DNA of 64,000 nt from Bdellovibrionota bacterium (lineage in GTDB: Bacteria > Bdellovibrionota > UBA1018 > CAIPTA01 > JAALKR01), in the NCBI GenBank assembly GCA_965207455.1, contig CBDBMJ010000003.1, forward strand, positions 54,197 through 118,196, read 5' to 3'. The notes beneath the pieces are model-generated. The model was not told the DNA's origin. It ran no database searches and saw only the letters and a list, made by a program, of their open reading frames with translations. Below are positions 1-9,402 of this stretch, piece by piece (the first letter of the stretch is position 1; each line of letters starts with the position of its first letter). The translations under genes were made by a program, and so were the position numbers.

Positions 1-213
1 CACACCCTAGTGGATAAAAAAAATACGGTGGTTTTTATCGAGCATAGCTTGGACATGATCGCCCAAGCGGACTGGATCATCGACCTAGGCCCCAAGGGAG
101 GCGACGAAGGTGGCGACATTATGGCACAGGGACCACCTGAGTCCGTCATCCGTGAGTCAAAATCTGTAACAGGAAAATTTCTAGCTCCATTTTTAAACAA
201 AAAAAAATCCTAG
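1..213 (+). CDS. uvrA: Excinuclease ABC subunit A, C-terminal fragment (CDS begins upstream of window)
   Basis: Translation ...[40 protein letters not shown] matches the UvrA C-terminal ABC signature region; ORF is open to the window edge. Confidence 0.75.
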   Translation, partial: HTLVDKKNTVVFIEHSLDMIAQADWIIDLGPKGGDEGGDIMAQGPPESVIRESKSVTGKFLAPFLNKKKS

Positions 214-221
214 CAGCCATA

Positions 222-986
222 ATGATTCTACTAATCCTCTCTATCCTCACATCACTCATACCCTCCCCAACACTTGCCACCACCTTTGGCGAGATTCATC
301 TTACCCGTCAACTCCAAAGAGCTCCCCATATTGCTCGTGTGGGCATTGGCGAGCGAACCGTGGAAAAAAATCCCCAAGATAGACTAACCCATACCTATTG
401 GGAAGCCTCTGTTTTGGAGGTGTTTAGTTCCCGTCCCTTAGAGGAGAACATTCGTATCCGTCAACCAGGAGGCATCATCGACGGTTCCGGTTCTCAAGTA
501 TTGGGTACAGCCTCTTTTACAGAGGGAGAGGAAAGCATTGTTCTGCTACGGGATACCAAGGAAGATGCTAAGGAACTGATTGGCCTAGCCTCAGGAAAGT
601 ACACCATAACAAAAAACGCCTCAGGAAAAGAAATACTAAAAAGTGGATTAGGCGTTGTGCTGAAAAACCAAAAGAACCAAATTTTTCGCCTACAAGATTT
701 TCGCAACCTTATGGAAAGAATAAAAACAAAGACTCTTACCCCAGGAGATAAATCCATAACCATTAACCTAGAGAAAACGCACCACAATCATTTAAATAAT
801 CACAAACCCCCCAGGAACATAGAAAGCTCCACTCCAACAACCTCCCAACCCCCTGAAACTCGTCAAAAAGATAGGGAAGAAAGAAAAGAAAGGGAAAACC
901 CACCTTCTTTTTTTTGGTGGACTGTGGGCGCCCTACTCGCGAGTACCCTCCTAATCACCCTAGCCTTGAAACATTACCGTTCTTAG
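222..986 (+). CDS. Hypothetical protein with N-terminal signal-like segment and C-terminal TM anchor
   Basis: 254-aa ORF; hydrophobic N-terminus; Ser/Thr/Pro-rich linker; C-terminal FFWWTVGALLASTLLITLAL helix. No recognisable family. Confidence 0.4.
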   Translation: MILLILSILTSLIPSPTLATTFGEIHLTRQLQRAPHIARVGIGERTVEKNPQDRLTHTYWEASVLEVFSSRPLEENIRIRQPGGIIDGSGSQVLGTASFTEGEESIVLLRDTKEDAKELIGLASGKYTITKNASGKEILKSGLGVVLKNQKNQIFRLQDFRNLMERIKTKTLTPGDKSITINLEKTHHNHLNNHKPPRNIESSTPTTSQPPETRQKDREERKERENPPSFFWWTVGALLASTLLITLALKHYRS

Positions 987-1018
987 GGATATACTGTTTA
1001 CATAGGGAGAAGAGGGAT

Positions 1019-1552
1019 ATGTCAAAATTTACTATACTACCCATACTTGTTTTTTTCATCACCCATAGCCTTTGGGCAAACTTTTCCCCTCGCACCGTGG
1101 TACCCGCCTCTAAGGGAAAATTTCAAAAATACCAAGTAGACGCAATCATTCGCGGGGGCTACGCCCTAGCCAAAAATAGCAAAATATCTAAAATTCGTTG
1201 GGCAAGAAAAAATGGCTTTGAACGCTTGGTACTGGAAGTAATATTGGAGGGCACAAAGCAAACCAACCGATCTCCACCCTACTTTCAAGTGGCCCTAGAA
1301 CCAAACAAGGGAAAGGTGAACCTGGGAATACGAAGCATAAAAAACGTGCTGTTTTCTCAAAAGGAAGTCCAGCGTATTGCACAGTCCAGTGGACTGATCA
1401 AGAGCGCCTACCTTGCACCCATGTTGCAGGATAAACTTGTGCTACTGAATCTACAAATGCAAGTACCTGTGGACGTTGAAGCCTTTTATTTAGTCAATCC
1501 ACCTAGAATTGTGCTGGATATTCGAGCAAGAAAAACGACAACCCCACTATAA
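1019..1552 (+). CDS. Secreted hypothetical protein, AMIN-like beta-sandwich motifs
   Basis: ATG at 1019 gives MSKFTILPILVFFITHSLWA signal peptide; motifs RLVLEVILEG and PPRIVLDIRA resemble AMIN-domain repeats. The stop codon lies inside an 11-bp tandem repeat. Confidence 0.4.
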   Translation: MSKFTILPILVFFITHSLWANFSPRTVVPASKGKFQKYQVDAIIRGGYALAKNSKISKIRWARKNGFERLVLEVILEGTKQTNRSPPYFQVALEPNKGKVNLGIRSIKNVLFSQKEVQRIAQSSGLIKSAYLAPMLQDKLVLLNLQMQVPVDVEAFYLVNPPRIVLDIRARKTTTPL

Positions 1553-1575
1553 CCCCACTATAACCCCAACTATAA
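1542..1575. repeat. 11-bp tandem repeat (ccccactataa) x3, first unit contains the stop codon of the preceding CDS
   Basis: Read directly: ccccactataa / ccccactataa / ccccaactataa. Confidence 0.8.
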
Positions 1576-1584
1576 ACCTACCGC

Positions 1585-2187
1585 TTAGTATGCTTCTTTA
1601 ATTTGCTTAAAGTAATAGCAATATTTTTCGTCAGTTTTAGTTGAACCGAGCCAAAAGGGAAGAAATGAATCATATTTAGCCAGAAAGTACTCTGTTTCTT
1701 TCTCTGATCCTCGCTCTACTACTACTATCTTTTTTAAGTGAACTTCAATATCTGTCATATCCAAAAAAATAGCATAGCTTAAAACAAGGCTGTTATTTTC
1801 CTCTTTTGCAGACACCGCACGCTTATTTATAAAGTTTGTCAACTGTTCTATACGCCCTTCACTTTCTTCCATAAAACTCTCATAATAGCCTAGCTTATTA
1901 GAGACTAAGGCTCCAAAGATGAGTTTATATTTATAACCGATGGTCTCAAGTCCAGCAAGTAGTGAAGGTATGGGAACTGCTGGGCGCTCAATATCAAAGC
2001 ATCGTCCACTTCTCCAACCAAGAGCGTCGCCATCCTTTGCTGGGCTTGCCTTCTCAAAAACCTCTTCCAGTTTGCTGTAGCTCGCATTATCCATTGGACC
2101 CACATCAGCTAATGACTCCTCACTCAGTACTCTAGCTACTGCTGGCACAGAAAATGCACATAAAAAAATCAGTATATAGTATTTCAT
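1585..2187 (-). CDS. Secreted hypothetical protein
   Basis: 200-aa ORF with signal peptide MKYYILIFLCAFSVPAVA; AT-rich upstream region with a 9-bp inverted repeat. Confidence 0.45.
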   Translation of the reverse strand: MKYYILIFLCAFSVPAVARVLSEESLADVGPMDNASYSKLEEVFEKASPAKDGDALGWRSGRCFDIERPAVPIPSLLAGLETIGYKYKLIFGALVSNKLGYYESFMEESEGRIEQLTNFINKRAVSAKEENNSLVLSYAIFLDMTDIEVHLKKIVVVERGSEKETEYFLAKYDSFLPFWLGSTKTDEKYCYYFKQIKEAY

Positions 2188-2348
2188 TTTTTTGCTCCTT
2201 TTTTTTATTGCACACTAAAATTGCAGTATATATTATTACATAATATATTTAAATAGTCAAGTATTATTTAGCCAAACGAGTTAAAACTGCAACTTATTGT
2301 TTTTATTAATTTAATTGAACAAGACAGGGGGAAAGACAGATTAAGAAC

Positions 2349-2711
2349 CTATTCGGATACAAAGGTACGCACTGCTATTCCACGAGCCGTAGTACGCAGG
2401 AAACCGTTTCGTACTTGAAATTGAATAATAGCATTGGCACCCAGTAGGGCAGCTTCCTCTTGCAGAGAGGCTTTTGCATCGTCGCCGTCGCCCCAAACCA
2501 TGGTACTTACGGAAGCGAGGCGCTTGTATTGAATGGCAAGGTCTGCTTGAGGAGACACAATAACGGATTCTGGCTCTGTGGGCTCATAAACCTTCGTTTG
2601 CTTGGGAATAAAAAAAGTGGAGTAGGAACAAGCCCCCAAAAATAAAAACGACAATAAAAGCGGCAATAAAAAAATCAACCCGTATGTTCTATTCACCATA
2701 TTGAACCGCAA
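2349..2711 (-). CDS. YbjQ/UPF0145-like (heavy-metal-binding-domain family) lipoprotein, tandem paralog 1
   Basis: Lipobox LFLGAC; C-terminal LQEEAALLGANAIIQFQV...GIAV resembles the YbjQ-family core. Confidence 0.5.
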   Translation of the reverse strand: MRFNMVNRTYGLIFLLPLLLSFLFLGACSYSTFFIPKQTKVYEPTEPESVIVSPQADLAIQYKRLASVSTMVWGDGDDAKASLQEEAALLGANAIIQFQVRNGFLRTTARGIAVRTFVSE

Positions 2712-3024
2712 TTCCTTTCACATGAAGCGTGGGAAAAATATCTAGGGAATAATCTATGGACACGTTTACCACGGCGTCAGCTCCCAATTCCGCAGCCTCT
2801 TCTTTCAACGCCTCTACTGCCCAAACTCCACTAGTACCCAAACGAACAGTGGATAAAATAGCAAATGGTCGCGACCTCACAGGGGGAGAACCTAAATATA
2901 TCATAACGTCTCTTGGTCTCTTAGGAACGGAGAAATCCTCGTCCACTAAAAAAACTGTGGTTGTGTTGGCACAACTTGTGCACATTATAGCAACAAAAAA
3001 TAAAAACCTAAAACGCATACGCAA
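2689..3024 (-). CDS. YbjQ/UPF0145-like lipoprotein, tandem paralog 2
   Basis: Lipobox IMCTSC; LKEEAAELGADAVVNVSIDY...GIAVQY matches the YbjQ-family signature (ERAAELGANAVVGVRFDY). Confidence 0.5.
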   Translation of the reverse strand: MRMRFRFLFFVAIMCTSCANTTTVFLVDEDFSVPKRPRDVMIYLGSPPVRSRPFAILSTVRLGTSGVWAVEALKEEAAELGADAVVNVSIDYSLDIFPTLHVKGIAVQYGE

Positions 3025-3751
3025 TCGCCAATCCTGGAAAACTTTCTAAAACAGTCTCGTGACTAATATACTCTATAATTAAAGACCAGCCCCTATAAAT
3101 TTTTGCTTCAATGCCACCTCCAATGATCATACCAGCCACACCTTCTTGCAATGTATCCATCCTAAGAGCAAACTCCCCCCCCAATAAAATAAAAGGAGAA
3201 ACCGACAAAGGAATCAAATGATAGGTGAGAAAAAAACTGCCCACAAACTTCTGCTCCTTCACCTTGGGGTGAAAAAATCGAGAACTGGCAGCAATACCCA
3301 TTCCCAAGCGATTGAAGTTATGGGTCATAAAAGCTCCCACACCAGGGGTGCGCCCCTCCCCACTAATGGCAAAAAGGTTGGAGCGATACCCTTTTCTACC
3401 TAAAACAGGATGACGATAGGCTTTATTGGGCTGCAAATCCTCTGCCAACTGTGCCTCCAGCTTTGTGAAATCAATATTTTCATCAGGCCTGTGGGTTCTT
3501 CTTTTCTTCAGAAGCGTGCCGTCGTCCAGATCTGAAGTGGAATCCAGCGGTTCTGAGTCTAAGCGTTCTTCTGGTGAACCGGGTGATGGGGCTTCATCTG
3601 TGGTTTCATCTCTAATGTCATCTGTAGCTTCATCTGTGGTTTTATCTGTGGCTTCTTCCCGTCCCAAGCCCTGAGCGAAAACCGTTCCAACCCCTAATCC
3701 AAGGTACAGGCACACCAAGCCAAAACCCATCCATTTTCCATAGAACTTCAT
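3008..3751 (-). CDS. Outer-membrane beta-barrel protein with acidic TDEATDD repeats
   Basis: Signal peptide; low-complexity acidic N-region; C-terminal alternating hydrophobics ending ...LAIAYAF (terminal Phe, typical OMP signature). Contains a C8/G8 homopolymer. Confidence 0.5.
   Translation of the reverse strand: MKFYGKWMGFGLVCLYLGLGVGTVFAQGLGREEATDKTTDEATDDIRDETTDEAPSPGSPEERLDSEPLDSTSDLDDGTLLKKRRTHRPDENIDFTKLEAQLAEDLQPNKAYRHPVLGRKGYRSNLFAISGEGRTPGVGAFMTHNFNRLGMGIAASSRFFHPKVKEQKFVGSFFLTYHLIPLSVSPFILLGGEFALRMDTLQEGVAGMIIGGGIEAKIYRGWSLIIEYISHETVLESFPGLAIAYAF
3175..3182. repeat. Homopolymeric C8 (G8 on coding strand) tract inside OMP gene
   Basis: Counted across the line break: cccccc + cc. 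Encodes LGGEF. Confidence 0.8.
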
Positions 3752-4246
3752 ATATGTTTAGGTTAACAGAAATAGAAAAAATATTTATAGAAAAGGGCTG
3801 TTCCTGCTAGGCAGTCAATTCATTAAAGAGCTGGCTGCCATAACAAGGAATTTATATAGGGTCAGCGAAGAGCTCGTTTTTTCTTCGTAAATACTGTAAT
3901 ATCGCCAACGTTTACACAACCGTAAGTAACTTCCAATGTCCATCTATCCCGAGAACTATTTTGACTATGGAAAAAGTTTTTATTTTCTAGACGCTCCCAC
4001 TCTGAAAAAAAGAACTCAATCCCTTTGTCCTGAAAAGCGAAATGGACAAAAAACTAGACCAGCTTTTTTTATTATTGCAGCAGTCTAAGAATGGAAAAGC
4101 GGCATGATTTCAACGCGATGCTCCTTGGTGCGTTTTCATTATGAGTCAATACGAGGCTTTCCACAATCGGCTAAATTATCATCTTTTTTCATTCGGGGGT
4201 GTTTCCATGGTGCTATTCAGAGTATGAATAGAGAAAAAGGAAAAAA

Positions 4247-5581
4247 ATGGACAAAATTTCCACAAGTCCTCTTTCAGGATTTCGAGACTTTCTACCTCAG
4301 GAAAGTGCTGCTCGCGCTTGGGCACTGGATACTATTGCAAAGGCCTATGGTGCTTATGGCTTTCAGCCCATCATAACTCCCAGTTGTGAGCGTTTGGCGA
4401 CCCTTCAGGGAAAGGGTGCTGGTCAGGAGAATGAGCATCTTATTTTTAAATTACAAAAGCGGGGGAGGTCGTTGGAAAAGGCTTTTACCCAGGCGACGCC
4501 TGAAAATTTAGACACTCTCAGCGACATGGGCTTGCGCTTTGATCTCACGCTCTTACTAGCGCGCTATTATGCCCATTTTCAGCTTCCTCAGCCCTTCAAG
4601 GTGTTTCAGTGCGGGCCTGTTTGGCGTGCCGAGCGTCCACAAAAGGGAAGGTATAGGGAGTTTTTTCAATGCGACGTGGATGTTCTCGGAAGCGCCTCCA
4701 TAGGAGCAGAGGTGGATTGTTTGCAAGCGATTGCTCTGGCCATGCACCAGATGGGTATTGGCAAGGTGGAATTTCATCTCAATGATCGACGTCTTTTGGA
4801 TGCCTTGGGCACAAATCTGGGTATTCCTCCTGATCAGTGGACGGGTGTACTGGTAACAATGGATAAGTTGGACAAGATAGGAATCGACGGTGTGACCCAG
4901 GAGTTGGGGAAAAAAATACCGAAGCCAGAAAAAATTATTAGCGCCTTTACTGGTCGCAAGACTTTAAGGGAATGGAGTGAAATTGCCCCCACAGCGGTTG
5001 ACAGTCTTGGGGAGATTTTTGCCTGCTTGGAGCCGACTCTAACTGAAAAGGATCAGTCCCTTCACTTTTCTCCCACTCTGGTGCGTGGGCAGAATTATTA
5101 TACGGGAACGATTTTTGAAATTCGCAAGCCTTCCCTAGGTTACTCCCTTGGCGGTGGTGGGCGCTATGATCGACTGCTGGAGTTGTTTGACGTTCCTTCC
5201 ACACCGGCGTTTGGCGGCAGTATTGGTTTTGAGAGGATAATCCCCCTTTTGTTGGAGAGCAAAGACAAACCTTTCGTGCTTCCCACGCCCCAAGTTTTCT
5301 TTCCTCTCTTTTCCTCAGGCCTCTATGGAAAGGTGAACGATTTGGCAGAAAAATTGCGCAAAAAGGATATAAGCGTAGATGTATTTCCCGATGCCGTGAA
5401 GCTCAAGCGACAGTTTCGGTATGCAGAGGCACGGGATATTCCCTATGTGGCTAGTATTGGTGAGAGTGAGTTAGACCAGGGGACAGTTACATGTAAGAAT
5501 ATGAAGACAGGCAAGGAAGAAACAATGGATGAAAGTGCATTTATTATAGAAATGGAAAAAAAATGTCGAAACAACCGTTAG
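4247..5581 (+). CDS. hisS: Histidine--tRNA ligase
   Basis: N-terminal GFRDFLPQE motif and class II motif VWRAERPQKGRYREFFQCD; 444 aa. Confidence 0.9.
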   Translation: MDKISTSPLSGFRDFLPQESAARAWALDTIAKAYGAYGFQPIITPSCERLATLQGKGAGQENEHLIFKLQKRGRSLEKAFTQATPENLDTLSDMGLRFDLTLLLARYYAHFQLPQPFKVFQCGPVWRAERPQKGRYREFFQCDVDVLGSASIGAEVDCLQAIALAMHQMGIGKVEFHLNDRRLLDALGTNLGIPPDQWTGVLVTMDKLDKIGIDGVTQELGKKIPKPEKIISAFTGRKTLREWSEIAPTAVDSLGEIFACLEPTLTEKDQSLHFSPTLVRGQNYYTGTIFEIRKPSLGYSLGGGGRYDRLLELFDVPSTPAFGGSIGFERIIPLLLESKDKPFVLPTPQVFFPLFSSGLYGKVNDLAEKLRKKDISVDVFPDAVKLKRQFRYAEARDIPYVASIGESELDQGTVTCKNMKTGKEETMDESAFIIEMEKKCRNNR

Positions 5582-7365
5582 TATACCGAACCCATACCTG
5601 TGGAGAGCTTTCTTTAGATCAAAACAAAGAAAAAGTGATCCTTAGTGGGTGGGTGGATACCCAACGAAACCATGGTGGGCTGATATTTATCGACCTTAGG
5701 GATCGTTACGGTATTACCCAATTGGTCTTTGATCCGGATCAGGGAAAAGAGTTGATGGATCAGGCCGGCAGGGTTCGTAGTGAGTATGTATTGCGAGTGG
5801 TGGGGATGGTACGCAATCGACCTGAAAATATGGTGAATACAAAGATTTCCACGGGTTCGGTGGAAGTGCTTGCTCAGGAGATCACTGTGCTGTCTGCGGC
5901 AAAAACGCCTCCTTTTGTTATTGAGGATAAGGCAAATGTTAGTGAGGATATTCGTTTGGAGTTTCGGTATTTGGATCTTCGTCGTCCATTTCTACAAAAG
6001 ATTCTTCAACTCAAGCACCGTTTTGTCCAGGGTATGCGTAACTACCTTACGGAAAAAGATTTCCTAGAGATAGACACTCCTATTTTATTTAAAAGCACTC
6101 CTGAAGGGGCAAGGGATTATTTGGTGCCGTCCAGGAATTCACAGGGATCTTTTTATGCCCTACCACAGTCTCCCCAGACCCTAAAGCAGCTTCTGATGAT
6201 CGGTGGGTTGGATCGTTATTTTCAATTTGCCCATTGTTTTCGAGATGAAGATTTGCGTTCGGACCGTCAGCCGGAGTTTGTCCAGTTGGATTTAGAAATG
6301 TCCTTTGTCAATGAGGAGTCCATCTATGCCTTAGTGGAGGGATTGATGACAGCAGCCTATAAGGAGGCTTCCAATAGTAAGCTCACCCCACCGTTTCCAC
6401 GGCTGACGTATAAAACTGCCATGGAGAAATATGGGAATGACAAGCCAGACACTCGTTTTGACTTATTGTTAGAGAACGCCAGTGCTGTGTTTGAAAAGAC
6501 AGCATTCAAGGCATTCTCTTCGGTGTTAGGGGCTGGTGGTAGTATTAAGGGTTTATGTGTAAAGGCTGGCACCGATCTTTCCCGCAAGAATATTGACAAT
6601 CTCACTTCTCTTGTGGCTCGATTTGGAGCCAAGGGTTTAGCTTGGCTAAAAGTAGAGGAGTCTTTAGTTTCTCCCATTGCAAAGTTTCTATCCTCGCAGG
6701 AGCAAAGTGCTTTAGTGAAATGTATGAAAGCAGAAAAAGGGGATTTAATTCTTTTAGTGGCAGACATTGATCCTGAGGTAGTGGATGCATCTTTGGGTAA
6801 CCTACGGGTCCATCTGGGGAAAGAGCGAAATCTAATTAAGGACAATTGTTTTAACTTTCTTTGGGTCACTGACTTTCCTCTTTTTGAATACGACTCTGAA
6901 ACAAAAACCTATTCAGCCAAGCACCACCCTTTCACTCAGCCCCATCCCGACGATATAGAGTTATTGAAAAATCAAAAAAATATGGGGGAGATACGTTCCG
7001 TGGCCTATGATCTTGTTTGTAATGGTCATGAAATTGCTGGTGGTAGTTTGCGTATTTACCAATCGGATGTGCAGGAGGCCATGTTCCGAGCCTTGAATGT
7101 AACGAAAAAAGAAGTGGAAGAAAAATTTGGTTTTTTCATACGTGCCCTACAGTACGGAACTCCTCCCCATGGCGGTATTGCCTTTGGTCTTGACCGAAAT
7201 ATCATGTTATTGACGGGAGTGAAATCCATTCGAGATGTTATTGCCTTTCCCAAGACTCAGACGGGAGCTTGTTTGATGAGTTCTTGTCCCGACCCGGTAA
7301 CAGATAAACAACTGCGAGAATTATCTATTCGGGTGAGTAAAGAGGATCGTCCCACCCCAAAATAA
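5563..7365 (+). CDS. aspS: Aspartate--tRNA ligase
   Basis: 600 aa. N-terminal OB-fold RTHTCGELSLDQNKEKVILSGWVDTQRNHGGLIFIDLRDRYGITQ and class II core FRDEDLRSDRQPEF. Overlaps hisS by 19 nt. Confidence 0.9.
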   Translation: MSKQPLVYRTHTCGELSLDQNKEKVILSGWVDTQRNHGGLIFIDLRDRYGITQLVFDPDQGKELMDQAGRVRSEYVLRVVGMVRNRPENMVNTKISTGSVEVLAQEITVLSAAKTPPFVIEDKANVSEDIRLEFRYLDLRRPFLQKILQLKHRFVQGMRNYLTEKDFLEIDTPILFKSTPEGARDYLVPSRNSQGSFYALPQSPQTLKQLLMIGGLDRYFQFAHCFRDEDLRSDRQPEFVQLDLEMSFVNEESIYALVEGLMTAAYKEASNSKLTPPFPRLTYKTAMEKYGNDKPDTRFDLLLENASAVFEKTAFKAFSSVLGAGGSIKGLCVKAGTDLSRKNIDNLTSLVARFGAKGLAWLKVEESLVSPIAKFLSSQEQSALVKCMKAEKGDLILLVADIDPEVVDASLGNLRVHLGKERNLIKDNCFNFLWVTDFPLFEYDSETKTYSAKHHPFTQPHPDDIELLKNQKNMGEIRSVAYDLVCNGHEIAGGSLRIYQSDVQEAMFRALNVTKKEVEEKFGFFIRALQYGTPPHGGIAFGLDRNIMLLTGVKSIRDVIAFPKTQTGACLMSSCPDPVTDKQLRELSIRVSKEDRPTPK

Positions 7366-8185
7366 TATTATCAATAAGACGGGTTTCGCCCAGAAAAGCA
7401 GCCAGGGCATACACAGCCTTTCCTTTTGTTTCTAGGGGCTTGAGATCGGGATAGGAAAGAATTTCCAGGTATTGGATACGAAAACTTTTTTCTGTTTGGA
7501 TTTGCTCCCTGCCCTGTTGGATAATTTCATCCACAGAGTGCTCTCCCTGTGTATAGAGCTTTGCTCCCTCCCTTAGGGTTTTGTATAAAAGAGGTGCTTT
7601 TTTTCTATCTTCGGAGGAAAGGTATTGGTTCCTAGAACTCAGTGCGAGTCCGTCGGACTCCCTCACTGTGGGACAAAACTGTAATTTCACGGGCAACAGA
7701 AGGTCCTTCACCATGCGTTCAATAACGAGGCATTGCTGAATATCTTTTTTTCCAAAGTAGGCGCAGGTGGGTTGGACGAGGGCAAAAAGACGGGCAACAA
7801 CGGTGGCCACTCCCTGGAAGTAGGTACTACGAAACTTACCACACAAGGGAGCTGAGACTCCCTCCACTTGAATATAAGAAGAAAAACCAGGGGGATAGAT
7901 AAGGGATCTATGGGGGCAAAAAAGTATGGTTAGGTTTTTTTCCCGTAAGCGATTTTTATCTTCCTCCAATGTTCTGGGGTAGACAGAAAAATCTTCGTTT
8001 TCTCCAAATTGTGTGGGGTTTACATAGATGGAAACCACGGTGCACTTGTTTTCTTTTATGGAGGCATCTACCAAAGATTCATGCCCAGGGTGGAGCGCGC
8101 CCATGGTGGGCACAAAACCAATGCTCCCTTGGCGATAGGGTTTAAGGGCATGGTTTAATTCTTCGAGAGTGGTAACGATCTTCAC
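7325..8185 (-). CDS. panC: Pantoate--beta-alanine ligase
   Basis: PTMGALHPGHESLV HIGH-like motif; 286 aa. Confidence 0.9.
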   Translation of the reverse strand: MKIVTTLEELNHALKPYRQGSIGFVPTMGALHPGHESLVDASIKENKCTVVSIYVNPTQFGENEDFSVYPRTLEEDKNRLREKNLTILFCPHRSLIYPPGFSSYIQVEGVSAPLCGKFRSTYFQGVATVVARLFALVQPTCAYFGKKDIQQCLVIERMVKDLLLPVKLQFCPTVRESDGLALSSRNQYLSSEDRKKAPLLYKTLREGAKLYTQGEHSVDEIIQQGREQIQTEKSFRIQYLEILSYPDLKPLETKGKAVYALAAFLGETRLIDNIILGWDDPLYSPE

Positions 8186-9402
8186 TAGCTACTCCAGCGA
8201 GTGTGGGCAATATCCAGTAGCCTTTGAGCAATTTCTTCCTTGGAGGCTTTCGGTAAAAACGTATGGGAAGCATTATTTTCAAAAACATATAGCTCGTTGG
8301 TATCCACATCAAAGCCAATGTCGCTTCTACTCACGTCGTTTAAAGCAATAAAATCCAAGCCCTTTGTTTTTAATTTATCCTGTGCTTTTTCCATTTGCTC
8401 TTTTTTTGTACCCACTTCTGCGGCAAATCCCATAAACACTTGCCCCGGCTTTCGCTTAGCTGTCAAAGAGGAAAGAATATCTTTTGCAGAATTAAGTTCC
8501 AGATTTAATGTTTCCTTGCGTGGAATTTTTCCTTTCTTTTCATCTTTCATTAAAAAATCGCAGACGGCGGCTGTGCTAAAAATTATATTGGCTTTGGGAA
8601 GGGCGCTAAGGGCTTGGGCTTCCATTTCATCGTTGGTTTCCACTTGAAATGTTTTTCCTTGCTCAAGCTTGGTATAGGCGGAATCTACTGGTCCGGATAT
8701 TAAGGTAACATGGGCACCCTGTTTTTCTGCTGCCCTAGCAATCATATAACCCATGCGACCACTGGATCGGTTTGTGAGAAAACGAACCGGGTCCAAATAA
8801 GTACGAGTGGGACCACTGGTAACTAAAACATGTACTCCCTTTAGGGGTTGTGATTCTAATTTCTCCGCAACCTTTTGGTATATCTCCATGGGTTCTGCCA
8901 TTTTACCCATACCCGTTTCCCCACAAGCTAAGTCTCCACTCACGGGTCCAATTTCTTCAACCTTGCGTGCCCGTAGTTTTTTTCTATTCTCTTGAGTAAT
9001 GGGTGCTTCCCACATGCGCACATTCATGGCAGGAGCCATAAAAATAGGTTTCGTGAATGCTAGGGCTTCGGTGAGAAGAGCATCGTCGCAAATTCCATGG
9101 GCGAGCTTTGCCATAAAATTTGCTGTGGCAGGAGCCACCACTAGGGCATCTCCCCATTCACAAAGGTCGATATGGGCAGTGGCAGACAGATCGTAACTCT
9201 GTTGGTCGCCTAGAGAACGAAGCACAGGATTATTGCTCAAGCTCTCCAACGTTAGTGGAGTAACAAATTGCTCTCCCTGCTTGGTTAGTATCACACGCAC
9301 ATTGGATCCATTTTTTACAAACAAGCGCACAAGCTCACAGGATTTATAGGCAGCAATTCCTCCCGTTATTCCTAAAATAATATTTTTATTAAGCAATGGC
9401 AT
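8185..9402 (-). CDS. coaBC: Bifunctional phosphopantothenoylcysteine decarboxylase/synthetase
   Basis: N-terminal flavoprotein ILGITGGIAAYKS and C-terminal DFP ligase domain; 405 aa. Confidence 0.9.
   Translation of the reverse strand: MPLLNKNIILGITGGIAAYKSCELVRLFVKNGSNVRVILTKQGEQFVTPLTLESLSNNPVLRSLGDQQSYDLSATAHIDLCEWGDALVVAPATANFMAKLAHGICDDALLTEALAFTKPIFMAPAMNVRMWEAPITQENRKKLRARKVEEIGPVSGDLACGETGMGKMAEPMEIYQKVAEKLESQPLKGVHVLVTSGPTRTYLDPVRFLTNRSSGRMGYMIARAAEKQGAHVTLISGPVDSAYTKLEQGKTFQVETNDEMEAQALSALPKANIIFSTAAVCDFLMKDEKKGKIPRKETLNLELNSAKDILSSLTAKRKPGQVFMGFAAEVGTKKEQMEKAQDKLKTKGLDFIALNDVSRSDIGFDVDTNELYVFENNASHTFLPKASKEEIAQRLLDIAHTRWSS

Noticed and set aside
494-787. 97-aa minus-strand ORF
   Set aside because: Lies entirely antisense within the longer 222..986 ORF; low-complexity translation; no start or RBS context. 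Treated as spurious.
3752-4246. Possible tRNA, T-box or ncRNA in the 495-bp gap before hisS
   Set aside because: No cloverleaf-compatible segment (no GTTCRANYC T-loop with a matching acceptor stem) and no T-box specifier/antiterminator pattern could be found by eye. Left unannotated.
4104-4376. 90-aa plus-strand ORF overlapping the hisS start
   Set aside because: Different frame from hisS, which has a clear HisRS N-terminal motif from 4247; no recognisable domain.
8240-9196. Several 60-135-aa plus-strand ORFs (8240..8647, 8807..8995, 8999..9196)
   Set aside because: All antisense to the well-supported coaBC gene; they are shadow ORFs.
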